A DNA stretch of 64,000 nucleotides from a virus. The position numbers and the translations under genes are program-made. Of the stretch, positions 11,801-20,055 are shown in pieces (position 1 is the stretch's first letter; each line of letters opens with the position of its first letter). The stretch lies in the IMG/VR virus record IMGVR_UViG_3300045988_005108, positions 30,118-94,117 of that record. One strand, written 5' to 3'. Under the pieces are notes generated by a model. The model ran no database searches, was not told the origin of the DNA, and saw nothing but the letters and a program-made list of their open reading frames with translations.

Positions 11801-12988
11801 CTTATAAGCAGCTTTCTTCTTGGCAGCTTCCAACTTTTCTTCATCAGAAAATCTTTCAGATTCATCTATTTCTCCAGCTTCAATAAGAGCATTTTCCTCA
11901 GCATTAATCTTATTAAGTTCTTGCTGTATTCTACCTTCTTCTGTATCCTGTACATAAGAATTGAAGATGTTAGCTACTCTCTTGAATATACCAGCAGGAG
12001 TGTACTTCTTTATAGCAGAGAACCTATCCAAGCTATTAAGCTCAGCCTGTAATTCTTCTTTCTCTACACCACTGGCATCATCAATTCTTCTCTTCAAAGA
12101 ATCAGTCATTTCCTGCAAGGCATTATCAACTTCATTACTGAAGAACCTTGCAATAAGGGTTACTCTATCTCTTCTCGTTTTTGGGTCAAAGAGTAAGTCC
12201 ACCTTTTGCTGTTCCTCAACAGAAGTAATCCTTGGAGTATCAAAAGAACTGCTAAGTGTATCTGTAATTTTCTCTTCTGGTCTTGAAAGAAGGCTAATAG
12301 CCTTTTTTATCTGTATGGTATTATACTCCGTACTTCTTCCTTGTTTTAGAACATTATACTCTTTCTCAAAATAATCTTCTAAGGCAGTTCTTTTAACCAT
12401 TAAGGTTTCAGGGTCAGTTTCAACAGCAGTACTATCCATCTTACTATACTTACCAGATTCTACTAAATCTCTAATAGATTCAGGAACAATCTTATTTATA
12501 TTATTCCAATACCTATCATCATTAACATTAGTAACATTACTTCCACTACTATTGAATAAATCCCAAATCTTTCTTGTAGGACTTCCATAATAAATGGCAA
12601 AAGCACTGTTACCTGTAGTAGGACTGGTAAAGTCGATTCTGATTTCTGTTCCATTAGCTCCAGGATACATACTTACTTTAGTAGTTCCCTCACTAAATTT
12701 TTCTTTATCAAAGGAAGTACTAAGTAATTCTTCTCCTTTTTCTGTAAGAAAGCCCTTATCATTACCATTAACATTCACATATTTGCTAATAGACAAAGCA
12801 GTAATTGGGTCTTCCTTTCTTATTTCCTTAATAAAATCATTGAGTTCACTACCTAATGGAATATCCTCACTAGACTTATTATTCTTTTCCTGCCACAGTC
12901 CAACCAAGTTAAGTACTGATTGCTCTGTTTCATTAGGAAACTTCTTAGCTAATTCTCTAATTTCTGGTGTTATAATTAAACAACTCAT
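8855..12988 (-). CDS. Virion-type giant RNA polymerase (crAss-like), N-terminal portion
   Basis: 1377-aa ORF upstream of and co-oriented with the DFDVD-bearing ORF, separated only by the endonuclease cassette; combined about 2594 aa puts the catalytic loop at about 64 percent of the length, similar to what I recall for single-chain crAss-like vRNAPs. Confidence 0.5.
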   Translation of the reverse strand: MSCLIITPEIRELAKKFPNETEQSVLNLVGLWQEKNNKSSEDIPLGSELNDFIKEIRKEDPITALSISKYVNVNGNDKGFLTEKGEELLSTSFDKEKFSEGTTKVSMYPGANGTEIRIDFTSPTTGNSAFAIYYGSPTRKIWDLFNSSGSNVTNVNDDRYWNNINKIVPESIRDLVESGKYSKMDSTAVETDPETLMVKRTALEDYFEKEYNVLKQGRSTEYNTIQIKKAISLLSRPEEKITDTLSSSFDTPRITSVEEQQKVDLLFDPKTRRDRVTLIARFFSNEVDNALQEMTDSLKRRIDDASGVEKEELQAELNSLDRFSAIKKYTPAGIFKRVANIFNSYVQDTEEGRIQQELNKINAEENALIEAGEIDESERFSDEEKLEAAKKKAAYKNQEYKKIVDDPSVYKALAEEASTLLVMTEGIRIDPNYIAPADANLNDDDPDGNSEVDNEAEDWRQEEAYKDGWMTNFRQVSSQESLSQAVRKVIRQVPKLDYEGMYEEDDLGFTRYLDADYVHATFIDKLRNMINSDDMIPLLENVAKIKPWVNQIIELLQGDETLFSQFYQDFRKDFMPYWIQKKRMMPDGSFKMETIAINKPEGVYYLLDAWRDNYENGVQLDDDSVYEKNREINKDNAAKGLQWTETLNNMFQNLDTESRLQLLEREDVWNTIMKLLHMLGIDANPSVLKTALTDIKTAPGITFTDPIMLLLPQLNVIFSGIKKGEVKSETREDGTEKRGDLINTFGSAYNMIASMMAEVTEDAIESSVRENDKSYYSHVTPNYLGKLIKNLKNVMNDKERFEQFMQTEFKDYEWFFKDGHWRNDWLRQLAESDELRRGLNHKVVLNSDKVDYTNWDDLDYTLALLTEYWGDPDSAKSSIKYAWYHVPILSDSPSAEFIRFRKYTTGDVLDENGKKRAYDDVILDKLVDLVNQEYDRIMLVRERDDAYQSGDKNVEPIANYDIVRKKDGSIKSIGGAEFKFLPALNNLRYDNGETFIDRLSRLKSTGTGAELRNFLRTTLNDMMEDGFEQTYRDWSRAGLLDELPNGKYKYLPFEGQSKQNAITAKALIKAKEALGSLWNTNMELMLRAYNNNSAFDSREANNLMEQIKNLMTDRATRGEMELKDAQSISRSLFVKNNAKDALREYYWNSKLATSQIIQLTTTDLAFYKNLEDFQKRYKEVHAPALRLNTKATYKGERIGRDWERTIYLKDDEIISSVLEDIKTVLDERVRRNEMTKIDRDNIIYKFKNVNVADAQAYRSLSSYRAILGMSGQWTDDMEQAYNNFKNGDWNIKDFNIIWQTKKPYVYTQVNNNSGIEGHTGIKTPVQHKNSEFLLLAMHELIAGPLGRSGKLKAINKFMEDNQIDVVQFESTTKVGKV

Positions 12989-13009
12989 ATATTAAAAGTA
13001 TTATTTGTG

Positions 13010-13041
13010 CAAAGGTAAGGAATTTAATTGTAATATACAAG
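13010..13041 (-). promoter_or_regulatory. Bacteroidetes-type promoter (cTTG-N20-TAccTTTG) for the RNAP gene
   Basis: Minus strand: CTTGTATATTACAATTAAATTCCTTACCTTTGCACAAATAA, the -7 box ending 21 nt before the ATG at 12988. Confidence 0.55.
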
Positions 13042-13098
13042 CTTTTATTCAAAAGCTAAAGGGAGAACAAGTATTTAACTTATTCCCCCTTATAATAG

Positions 13099-13728
13099 TT
13101 ATTCAACTACATACTTGACACCATCAAAGATTAAATATTTAATGGTGTTGATATTGACTGGTCTAACTCCAGACTCTTTATCTGTCTGTTGTATGTCCAT
13201 ATCAATGCAGTTATACCTGCCATCTCTTGATTCAAATTGAATTTTGTAGCCTCTAAGAACTCTGTCTTCACCCTCTTCATAAGGCAGAATAGGTTCTCTA
13301 ATAAGTTCAGTAATAAGTTGCTTAGCCTTTTCAGCTACTCCCTTCTTATTTGCTTTAACCTTATCAATATCCTTAGAGAACTGGTCTACAAGATAGTCAA
13401 TCTCCTCATTGAGCTTCTTCTTACTCTTAGGCTTATCCTGTTTCTTAAAACATACAGTAAATACCTGACCAGAATGAATGTTCTCCCAGATACTTCTAAT
13501 ACCAAGAGTACCATCCTTCTTATCTTCCTTAGTTACCTTTACTGTAGTTTCAAACAAGTCAGCAGAATTAGTATAGTTCTTCAGATAACTCATACCAATC
13601 TGGACCTCTTCACCACTTTCAAAGTGAGTAAGCCAAGCATTAGAACCTGACACTCTGTTCACAATATAGTGAGAACTCTCACTAATAATGGAACCTTGCT
13701 TTAGCTGATTTATTTGTTCAATAGCCAT
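13099..13728 (-). CDS. Hypothetical protein (209 aa)
   Basis: Long ORF in the minus-strand gene series; Lys-rich central linker; no motif recognised. Confidence 0.6.
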   Translation of the reverse strand: MAIEQINQLKQGSIISESSHYIVNRVSGSNAWLTHFESGEEVQIGMSYLKNYTNSADLFETTVKVTKEDKKDGTLGIRSIWENIHSGQVFTVCFKKQDKPKSKKKLNEEIDYLVDQFSKDIDKVKANKKGVAEKAKQLITELIREPILPYEEGEDRVLRGYKIQFESRDGRYNCIDMDIQQTDKESGVRPVNINTIKYLIFDGVKYVVE

Positions 13729-13740
13729 AATTTTTTTTTT

Positions 13741-14637
13741 TTAGTTATCAATATAATTTCTTGTAATAAATTCCTTCATCAAAGGTTCTGCTAATTCCTT
13801 AGCCTGAGGATGTGGAGCACCTGTAGTACCTCTTGCTCTTAGGTCAAAGAAGTGATTCCAATCAGATGTAAATCCAGTTACAACCAATTCTGTCTTTAAG
13901 GAGTTTGGTAAGACAGCTCTTGCTTCCTGTGGTTTCCATCCACACTTTAACAAATTGAAGTAAGATTTCTCTGCACTTAGTAAAGTACCAAGAAATGCAC
14001 TCTCTTCAACAGATTGAGTAGGCATTCTATAGAAGGTATTAGCATCCCAATGTCCAGTATCATCTATTAGAGAACTACCAAACCAACAAGGTTTAATAAA
14101 GGTAAGTTCATTACCAAACTTATCCTTAGAGTAGTTACAGTACCTTGTACTTTCCTGAGCAAAAGACATTACTCTATGCCTTACAAATTCATGGGATACA
14201 CCTCTATCACATACAAAGTGTACAGTAACTCTTCTCTCATGGTACTTTGTAGGTTCACAGATATATTGTAGGTCATCAAGCCAACCATTCTCTACAAGTA
14301 CTCTAAAATTAGTGGTTATATATATATCATTCCCATTATAATTTACTATAGAATACTTATTGATACAATATTTATCCAACAACTTACAAGGTAAAGTTTG
14401 GTTACATAGTTCACAAGTTTTACCATCCCATAAGAATTTTAAATACACAGTACCATGTTCCAACATTGCATTATGACCAGACTTAATCATCCTATCTACA
14501 AATAGCTTAGCAGAATCTTCTGTTATCTTATCCTCAGACTTGTAACATACTCTACCTACTTTCTCAATCTGTTTATAAACTCCTTCAAGACCAGCAGACT
14601 GTTCCCATATTTCAAATAAAGGTTTACATAATTTCAT
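13741..14637 (-). CDS. thyX: Flavin-dependent thymidylate synthase ThyX
   Basis: Exact ThyX signature RHRxxSxxxxSxR in HEFVRHRVMSFAQESTRY; 298 aa. Confidence 0.9.
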   Translation of the reverse strand: MKLCKPLFEIWEQSAGLEGVYKQIEKVGRVCYKSEDKITEDSAKLFVDRMIKSGHNAMLEHGTVYLKFLWDGKTCELCNQTLPCKLLDKYCINKYSIVNYNGNDIYITTNFRVLVENGWLDDLQYICEPTKYHERRVTVHFVCDRGVSHEFVRHRVMSFAQESTRYCNYSKDKFGNELTFIKPCWFGSSLIDDTGHWDANTFYRMPTQSVEESAFLGTLLSAEKSYFNLLKCGWKPQEARAVLPNSLKTELVVTGFTSDWNHFFDLRARGTTGAPHPQAKELAEPLMKEFITRNYIDN

Positions 14638-14645
14638 CTTTTCTT

Positions 14646-14804
14646 TTATTTCAAATTTATAGTTACACTCTCACAGAACATAACACTACATTCATCAATG
14701 TTATGCCCAAGCTCTCTTAATAGTGTTTCAGTATCCTTATCTTCAGGATTAGTATACACACTTACACTACTATCAGAGAAGTCCATTACAACTAATCTTT
14801 CCAT
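14646..14804 (-). CDS. Small hypothetical ORF (52 aa), not in the ORF track
   Basis: ATG 3 nt after the stop of the upstream ORF; MERLVVMDFSDSSVSVYTNPEDKDTETLLRELGHNIDECSVMFCESVTINLK fills an otherwise empty gap. Confidence 0.3.
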   Translation of the reverse strand: MERLVVMDFSDSSVSVYTNPEDKDTETLLRELGHNIDECSVMFCESVTINLK

Positions 14805-14806
14805 AA

Positions 14807-15145
14807 CTACTCCTCCAAATTTACTTCAAGGTCATCAACACACCAATTACTTAAATCTTCATGTACTTCTGGTTTGCTCTTAACATATATATAAGCATTT
14901 TGAGGCAATGCAATCTGCTTTTCAACTGCACCTTTAAGGTCACAATTTGAGTAGTCTACATCCTCAAAATACTCACCATCTTCATCCTTTCCAGAGTCAG
15001 TAATCTCATAGTCAGATACCATAATCTTTACAGTTTTACTAAGGGTGACACTTACTGTGACCTCAATTTCCCTTTCAGGATTATCAACCTGATTCCAGGG
15101 TGCATCTTTAGTATCTGCACCCATAGGATAATTATAATTGTCCAT
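14807..15145 (-). CDS. Acidic hypothetical protein (112 aa), immediately downstream of the HicA-like ORF
   Basis: ORF starts 6 nt after the HicA-like stop; strongly acidic; no HicB motif recognised. Confidence 0.55.
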   Translation of the reverse strand: MDNYNYPMGADTKDAPWNQVDNPEREIEVTVSVTLSKTVKIMVSDYEITDSGKDEDGEYFEDVDYSNCDLKGAVEKQIALPQNAYIYVKSKPEVHEDLSNWCVDDLEVNLEE

Positions 15146-15150
15146 TATTT

Positions 15151-15351
15151 TTATTTTCTCCTTTTAATATCTGTTATCAAGTTATTCTCTTTAATCAAAC
15201 GCAGAGCAATTACACATTCAAGATTCTTAGGTATGCTGACATGCCTCCCCTTATCATTCACATAAATAGCATGGTCTCCATTATGTCTGCTATAATAGAA
15301 GCCATTAAATTCCACTATCTTTATGAACTCTCTTGATGTATATTGTCTCAT
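15151..15351 (-). CDS. hicA: HicA-like (YcfA family) mRNA-interferase toxin homolog
   Basis: 66 aa; SREFIKIVEFNGFYYSRHNGDHAIYVNDKGRHVSIP parallels the HicA pattern (L.k.GF...R..GSH......g....V.iP) including the G-[SD]-H catalytic His. Confidence 0.55.
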   Translation of the reverse strand: MRQYTSREFIKIVEFNGFYYSRHNGDHAIYVNDKGRHVSIPKNLECVIALRLIKENNLITDIKRRK

Positions 15352-15352
15352 A

Positions 15353-15811
15353 CTATACTTTCAGAATGTCTTTATACCTCTCATAAGTCTTTCTTATGAC
15401 CTCCTCTCCTATTGGATTAGGTCTCTTTGAGTCCCTCTCTATACACTCTTGAAGAGGTATAAAGAAGTCCTTAAATTCAAGGCTGTACTTTGGTTTTACT
15501 ACATCAGGCATTGCCCACTCTGGATTATTCCAACCATCAAGCACTCTATTATAGTACTCCAATTCCTTGGGATTGAGATTCATATTGTCAATAACAATAT
15601 CAAAACCATAGGACATAGAATTTAGCAAGAAAACACTTCTCAAGCTTTTTACTAAATCCTCTCTGCTGGGAACCCAATACTTACCTAACATATTTCTGAT
15701 GTCATCATTGTTGAATCTTACTCTATGTTCTGGGTCTTCAAGTGCCCATTGTTTAGCCCACGTAGTTTTGCCACTACCTGGAATACCTCGGCATAAAATT
15801 ATTTTTGGCAT
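15353..15811 (-). CDS. P-loop kinase resembling the kinase domain of T4 polynucleotide kinase (AAA_33-like)
   Basis: N-terminus KIILCRGIPGSGKTTWAKQW resembles the T4 Pnk N-terminus as I recall it; 152 aa, no phosphatase domain. Confidence 0.6.
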   Translation of the reverse strand: MPKIILCRGIPGSGKTTWAKQWALEDPEHRVRFNNDDIRNMLGKYWVPSREDLVKSLRSVFLLNSMSYGFDIVIDNMNLNPKELEYYNRVLDGWNNPEWAMPDVVKPKYSLEFKDFFIPLQECIERDSKRPNPIGEEVIRKTYERYKDILKV

Positions 15812-15812
15812 A

Positions 15813-15995
15813 TTACTTACTTTTACTGACTACAGAGTTCAAAACTAACAAAGCATCCCTAAGAGTCTTCTTTTGAGCAGGAGTACAGTTACTCAATTCA
15901 TCATACTCCTGTTCAAAAAGATATGACCTTAGGTGGTTAGATAGTTTCAGAGTCTCTTTAGCCTTTGTTTTAACACTAATCTTAATTCCACTCAT
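15813..15995 (-). CDS. Hypothetical protein (60 aa)
   Basis: ORF packed 1 nt from the neighbouring gene on the same strand. Confidence 0.5.
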   Translation of the reverse strand: MSGIKISVKTKAKETLKLSNHLRSYLFEQEYDELSNCTPAQKKTLRDALLVLNSVVSKSK

Positions 15996-16018
15996 CTTTC
16001 TACCCTCCTATGATGGAC

Positions 16019-16162
16019 TTAGAAAGATTCAATGTATTCTGCATTAGGAAATGTAGCATAGGCATCATCCCAAGCTGCATCTCTCTCATGCTCTACATCC
16101 TCATCATACCTATTACTATAGGTTTCCCTATGTCCATCTTTGAAATGAATTATAAATGTCAT
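16019..16162 (-). CDS. Small hypothetical ORF (47 aa), not in the ORF track
   Basis: ATGA start/stop overlap with the upstream DUF3310-like ORF; MTFIIHFKDGHRETYSNRYDEDVEHERDAAWDDAYATFPNAEYIESF. Confidence 0.4.
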   Translation of the reverse strand: MTFIIHFKDGHRETYSNRYDEDVEHERDAAWDDAYATFPNAEYIESF

Positions 16163-16407
16163 ACTTCCCCACCTAATTGCTTTATCCTGTCATTGATATA
16201 CCATATAGTCTTCTTCAAATCTTCAATCTCTTTCTGATTATCTGTAAGGCTTGCATCCTGCTTATGTCCTGCCCTAAGTATATATTTAATGGCATTGCCT
16301 AAGCAAAAATCCATGTGTCTTGTTATATCAATCACCTCAATTCCACACTTATCTTTAAGCCATGTATAGTGTGGAGGATGATTAACATTGTCAATCTTCT
16401 GTTCCAT
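16159..16407 (-). CDS. DUF3310-family phage protein
   Basis: NHPPHY ... IEVIDI ... GNAIKYILRAGHK matches the HPxHY / GNaiKY.R pattern recalled for DUF3310. Confidence 0.6.
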   Translation of the reverse strand: MEQKIDNVNHPPHYTWLKDKCGIEVIDITRHMDFCLGNAIKYILRAGHKQDASLTDNQKEIEDLKKTIWYINDRIKQLGGEV

Positions 16408-16420
16408 ATTAATTTTTTTT

Positions 16421-18733
16421 TTAATGTACCCAGCAAGCTGCCAGTTCAGGAACTGCCTTAATAGTTACTTTCTTACAAAAGATATTAGCTGCATACTCCA
16501 TACACTCACTTAACTTCTTAGCTTCCTGCTCTGCAATTTCCTCAGGTGGCTCTATCAGATACTCATCATGTACATCATTAGGAATGAGGACTTTGAATAT
16601 AAGTCCATCATTAACCAAGTGATTAAAGTATCTAATACCTGCTATCTTAGTCATTGCAGCAGCAGTACCTTGGGAAGGATAGTTACATGACTGATTGTCA
16701 GAAGCACTCTTTCTCTTCCATAAGTACTTCATCACTGACACATATACAGTTTCTCTGTTAATGTCAATGAATCTTTCCTCTACCTTACCTGCTTTTTTAA
16801 CCTTATATGAATACCTAACAGCTATTTCTTCAATAGGAGCACCTTGGGCAAACTTCTTTGCAATTTCTTGCATGACAGGTGGTGGGATTTCAGATATTAC
16901 TCTACCACTATCTCTTGCAGCTTTGTATATATCCCAGAAATCTTCCATACCATTCTTTCTCCTTTCAATACCTTTCAGTATAGGATAGTCATAGATATAT
17001 GCTCTTAATCCAGTTATCTTTGAGATTAGGATGTAGCCTCTATTCCACATGTCTCTCTTTTGTACCTTGAAATAACTTGCTATACCATTGAACCTCTTGA
17101 AATAGTTGTTATAAATCTCAGTTGCAAAGTCCACAGGAATATTACAATTAGTTGCCATTGTAGGAGCCTGACCATTATAATTGAAACAAAACCTTGCCTT
17201 CTTAGCCAAATCTCTAAGGTCTTTTCTTACCTTCCTGACATCCTTCTCTGCAACCCCATCAAGGTCTTTAGGGAAACACATCTTGGCTACAAAGGAGTGC
17301 CCATCTCTTTGGTTAGGGTCATTATAAAATGCAATCCATTCCCTATCATTAGATAGTTCAGTGAACACATGACCCTCTTGGTCTCCATAATCACAATCTA
17401 CCAGTAAATGCCCCTTTTCAGGTACAAATGCTGCTCTTGTTTCTTCTGTGGCTGGGAGCTGCTGAACATTGACACTCTTATCATTTGCTTGTGTAGAAGT
17501 ATCTTTGTTCTCATCCGCCTCCTCTGCAACATCATCATCTTTAGTCTTACCTCCCTTGCCTTTTCCTCCTGAACCACAACTCAACCTACCTGTATCCATC
17601 ATTTGATGGAATGTTGGATGGATTCTTTGTGTAATAGGATTAATGGCATCAAGGAAATTTTGACCAAAAGATGTTACCACCTTGAAAGCTGCTGAATATT
17701 CCAAGTATAAAGGAACAATACTGCTCTTACTTGCTTGCAATTCTATAAATTTAGACTCTACAGACTTTTTCATTTTGCCTGTTTTCTTATCTTTGACTAA
17801 TAGGTCAAATCCAAGTTCTTCAAACAGTCTAATTACCTGCTTAGAACTATTCCAGTTAATGATACATTGAGGTCCAGTATCAAATTCAGCAAATAATGAT
17901 GGCTGCGGTATTACCACATATACATTATCTGCAAGTTTGGCTGCCTTGCCTTTCTCATGGGTATCATAGTTTCTTGCAATAAGAGAAGGGTCATCCTTTT
18001 TCATTACATAATCTACTACCCAATCATTGAGTTTCTGCTCAGCAATCCTTAACCTCTCTGCATCCTTAACCATCTTAGCCTTCCATTTAACAGGGTCAAG
18101 TTTAATGCCACAATATTCAATATATGCAAGGACTCTTACAAACTCATTCTCAATATCAAGTGCCACTTTCTGACTTCTTGCATTGATAGTAATAAGTTGT
18201 AAGTTCATAATATCCTCAAGATGCACAACATCATTTGCTGCATAAACTATAACTTCTTCTGTCATACCTGCATGTATCTGTCCTCTGACAGTCTTGTCAA
18301 GATAGATATGTAAATACCTATCACAACAAGCCTGCAAGGACAAAGATACAATGCCAGGTGGAAATCCAAGAAATAGAATCTTTTCAGCTAAATAAGTATC
18401 ATAGACATTTCTGACTACAATATGTTCCTTATACAGCCATCTTAAATCAAACTTTGCATTATGAATGATGAATAATCTGTCACTTTCAAGATAATCCTTA
18501 TACTGCTTGACATCAATAGTCATACAGTCTATTACAACTTGATTTTCCTTATTACCAAGCTGAAGAGTAAGCAATTTACCTTGCCATATCTCTGTACCTG
18601 TAGTTTCAGTATCTAAACCTACCACTCGAAGAGGCTCTAATATTTTAAGAGACTCCTCTACAGAGATACACTTATACTTAGCATCAGGAAACTCAAATAG
18701 TTCTCTCTGACCAGTAACAAAATATATCATCAT
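16421..18733 (-). CDS. Family A DNA polymerase with 3'-5' exonuclease domain
   Basis: Exo motifs VGLDTETTG, HNAKFDLRWL, YAANDVVHL; pol motifs DCDYGDQEGHV (A), RDLAKKARFCFNYNG (B), VHDEY (C); 770 aa. Confidence 0.9.
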   Translation of the reverse strand: MMIYFVTGQRELFEFPDAKYKCISVEESLKILEPLRVVGLDTETTGTEIWQGKLLTLQLGNKENQVVIDCMTIDVKQYKDYLESDRLFIIHNAKFDLRWLYKEHIVVRNVYDTYLAEKILFLGFPPGIVSLSLQACCDRYLHIYLDKTVRGQIHAGMTEEVIVYAANDVVHLEDIMNLQLITINARSQKVALDIENEFVRVLAYIEYCGIKLDPVKWKAKMVKDAERLRIAEQKLNDWVVDYVMKKDDPSLIARNYDTHEKGKAAKLADNVYVVIPQPSLFAEFDTGPQCIINWNSSKQVIRLFEELGFDLLVKDKKTGKMKKSVESKFIELQASKSSIVPLYLEYSAAFKVVTSFGQNFLDAINPITQRIHPTFHQMMDTGRLSCGSGGKGKGGKTKDDDVAEEADENKDTSTQANDKSVNVQQLPATEETRAAFVPEKGHLLVDCDYGDQEGHVFTELSNDREWIAFYNDPNQRDGHSFVAKMCFPKDLDGVAEKDVRKVRKDLRDLAKKARFCFNYNGQAPTMATNCNIPVDFATEIYNNYFKRFNGIASYFKVQKRDMWNRGYILISKITGLRAYIYDYPILKGIERRKNGMEDFWDIYKAARDSGRVISEIPPPVMQEIAKKFAQGAPIEEIAVRYSYKVKKAGKVEERFIDINRETVYVSVMKYLWKRKSASDNQSCNYPSQGTAAAMTKIAGIRYFNHLVNDGLIFKVLIPNDVHDEYLIEPPEEIAEQEAKKLSECMEYAANIFCKKVTIKAVPELAACWVH

Positions 18734-18999
18734 TCAAATGTTATAGTCCATCCATAACCCTCAATAAAGTCTATAGATTTGACAACTGCCTTGGCTTCTT
18801 CAAGCTCACATCCTACCACAATCATTGGACCTCCTGATGGGTCAATAAACTTATTTCCTCCCTGAACTTCACCTACTCTTAATGTGGGTACATCAGTTTT
18901 AAGTACATAAGTTTTAGAATCAGTACCATCAGGTTTAGGCATTTTCTTGAGGTAGTTTATAGCTTCATATCTGGACCTAAGTTTTATAATATCTTCCAT
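18730..18999 (-). CDS. Hypothetical protein (89 aa)
   Basis: 4-nt overlap with polymerase start and 1-nt overlap with the upstream ORF. Confidence 0.55.
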   Translation of the reverse strand: MEDIIKLRSRYEAINYLKKMPKPDGTDSKTYVLKTDVPTLRVGEVQGGNKFIDPSGGPMIVVGCELEEAKAVVKSIDFIEGYGWTITFE

Positions 19000-19496
19000 T
19001 ATTTCTTAGAATAAGCAATAAGACTTTCAAAGTCAAAGACATACTTATACTTTTGGAAGAACAGGCTACCAAGAATACCATGAATCTGTACACCAGACTC
19101 TTCCTTGACAATAGCAAAGGCATCATCCAAGTTATGAATACAGAAATCACCTACAAATTCTTGTCCCTTATAAGTGATTGTCATTTCACAGAACTCAGTG
19201 TTCACTTTATTGCCTTCAATTCCTGTTACATCCATGTCTTTTGCCTCTATCTTCTTATGGTCAAGAAGAGGAAGAATAGAGCTGTTGATTTGGGAGATGT
19301 TACTTCCAGTGTCCAACAAGAAGTTAAGTTTCTTATCTCCATTATAGAATGTTACCACAGGCAACTCTACCAAATCCATAGCCTCTTTGAAAGACATATT
19401 TACCCTTTTACTTTGCTTACAGTAATCTTCTATACCATTAATGATAATAGATAGAATGATTACTGCAAGTATAATACCAATTACTTCTAATACCAT
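18999..19496 (-). CDS. Membrane-anchored retropepsin-like aspartic protease
   Basis: N-terminal TM helix (VIGIILAVIILSIIING); FLLDTGSNISQI (D-T-G-S active site) and HGILGSLFF flap-like motif, typical of single-domain retroviral-type aspartyl proteases. Confidence 0.6.
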   Translation of the reverse strand: MVLEVIGIILAVIILSIIINGIEDYCKQSKRVNMSFKEAMDLVELPVVTFYNGDKKLNFLLDTGSNISQINSSILPLLDHKKIEAKDMDVTGIEGNKVNTEFCEMTITYKGQEFVGDFCIHNLDDAFAIVKEESGVQIHGILGSLFFQKYKYVFDFESLIAYSKK

Positions 19497-19518
19497 GCTT
19501 CATGCTTTTTTTTAGTTA

Positions 19519-20055
19519 TTACTTGACACCAGAAGTACCAAATCCTCCTCTGTTATTATCACCTAAGTCATCCACTTCCACAAGTTCAATACCTGAACTC
19601 AGCAGCCATTTAATCTTCTGCCACATAGTAGCTTTCTGACTAAGTTGAATCCTGAATTGACAGATTCTATCACCTGCTTCAATGGCAGTCTCCCTCATAG
19701 GAGAACATACATAGTGCCACTGGTCATCATTGCCATGGTATATATTATCCACTACACCTTGACCATTTGGAATGAATAATCCTAACTTCTTAGGACCACT
19801 ACTCCTTGAATCAATAATGGCTTCAAATCCTTTAGGCAGTTGCATTGCAACTCCAAGAGGAATATAATAGGTAGGAATCTCTACATTCCTGTGACCTACT
19901 CTCTCTCCTTCAACAGTTTTTCTTTTAAGGACATCAGACTGTGGTGCAGGAATAGTAATATCTACTGCTGATTTCAAATCAACCCAATCACCATTCTCAT
20001 TAATTACAGGCATACAGCCCTCAGTCAATACTTTTACTTTAATTTTCAGTTTCAT
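19519..20055 (-). CDS. dut: dUTP pyrophosphatase (trimeric dUTPase)
   Basis: IDSRSSG, GQGVVDNIYHGNDD (motif III G.iD..Y.G) and C-terminal NRGGFGTSG (motif V). Confidence 0.85.
   Translation of the reverse strand: MKLKIKVKVLTEGCMPVINENGDWVDLKSAVDITIPAPQSDVLKRKTVEGERVGHRNVEIPTYYIPLGVAMQLPKGFEAIIDSRSSGPKKLGLFIPNGQGVVDNIYHGNDDQWHYVCSPMRETAIEAGDRICQFRIQLSQKATMWQKIKWLLSSGIELVEVDDLGDNNRGGFGTSGVK

Noticed and set aside
1421-12995. Many 60-150-aa plus-strand ORFs in the track that lie antisense inside the giant minus-strand genes (e.g. 1421-1612, 3376-3714, 5041-5981, 11606-12374, 12594-12995). Equivalent antisense ORFs occur inside other long genes (13237-13650, 16695-17356, 19053-19454, 31665-32138, 33684-34415, 34572-34923, 36341-36725, 46046-46834, 62121-63508).
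   Set aside because: They are fully embedded in longer ORFs with recognisable domains, have low-complexity Leu/Ser/Phe-rich translations typical of the antisense of AT-rich coding DNA, and lack their own intergenic space or promoter motifs.
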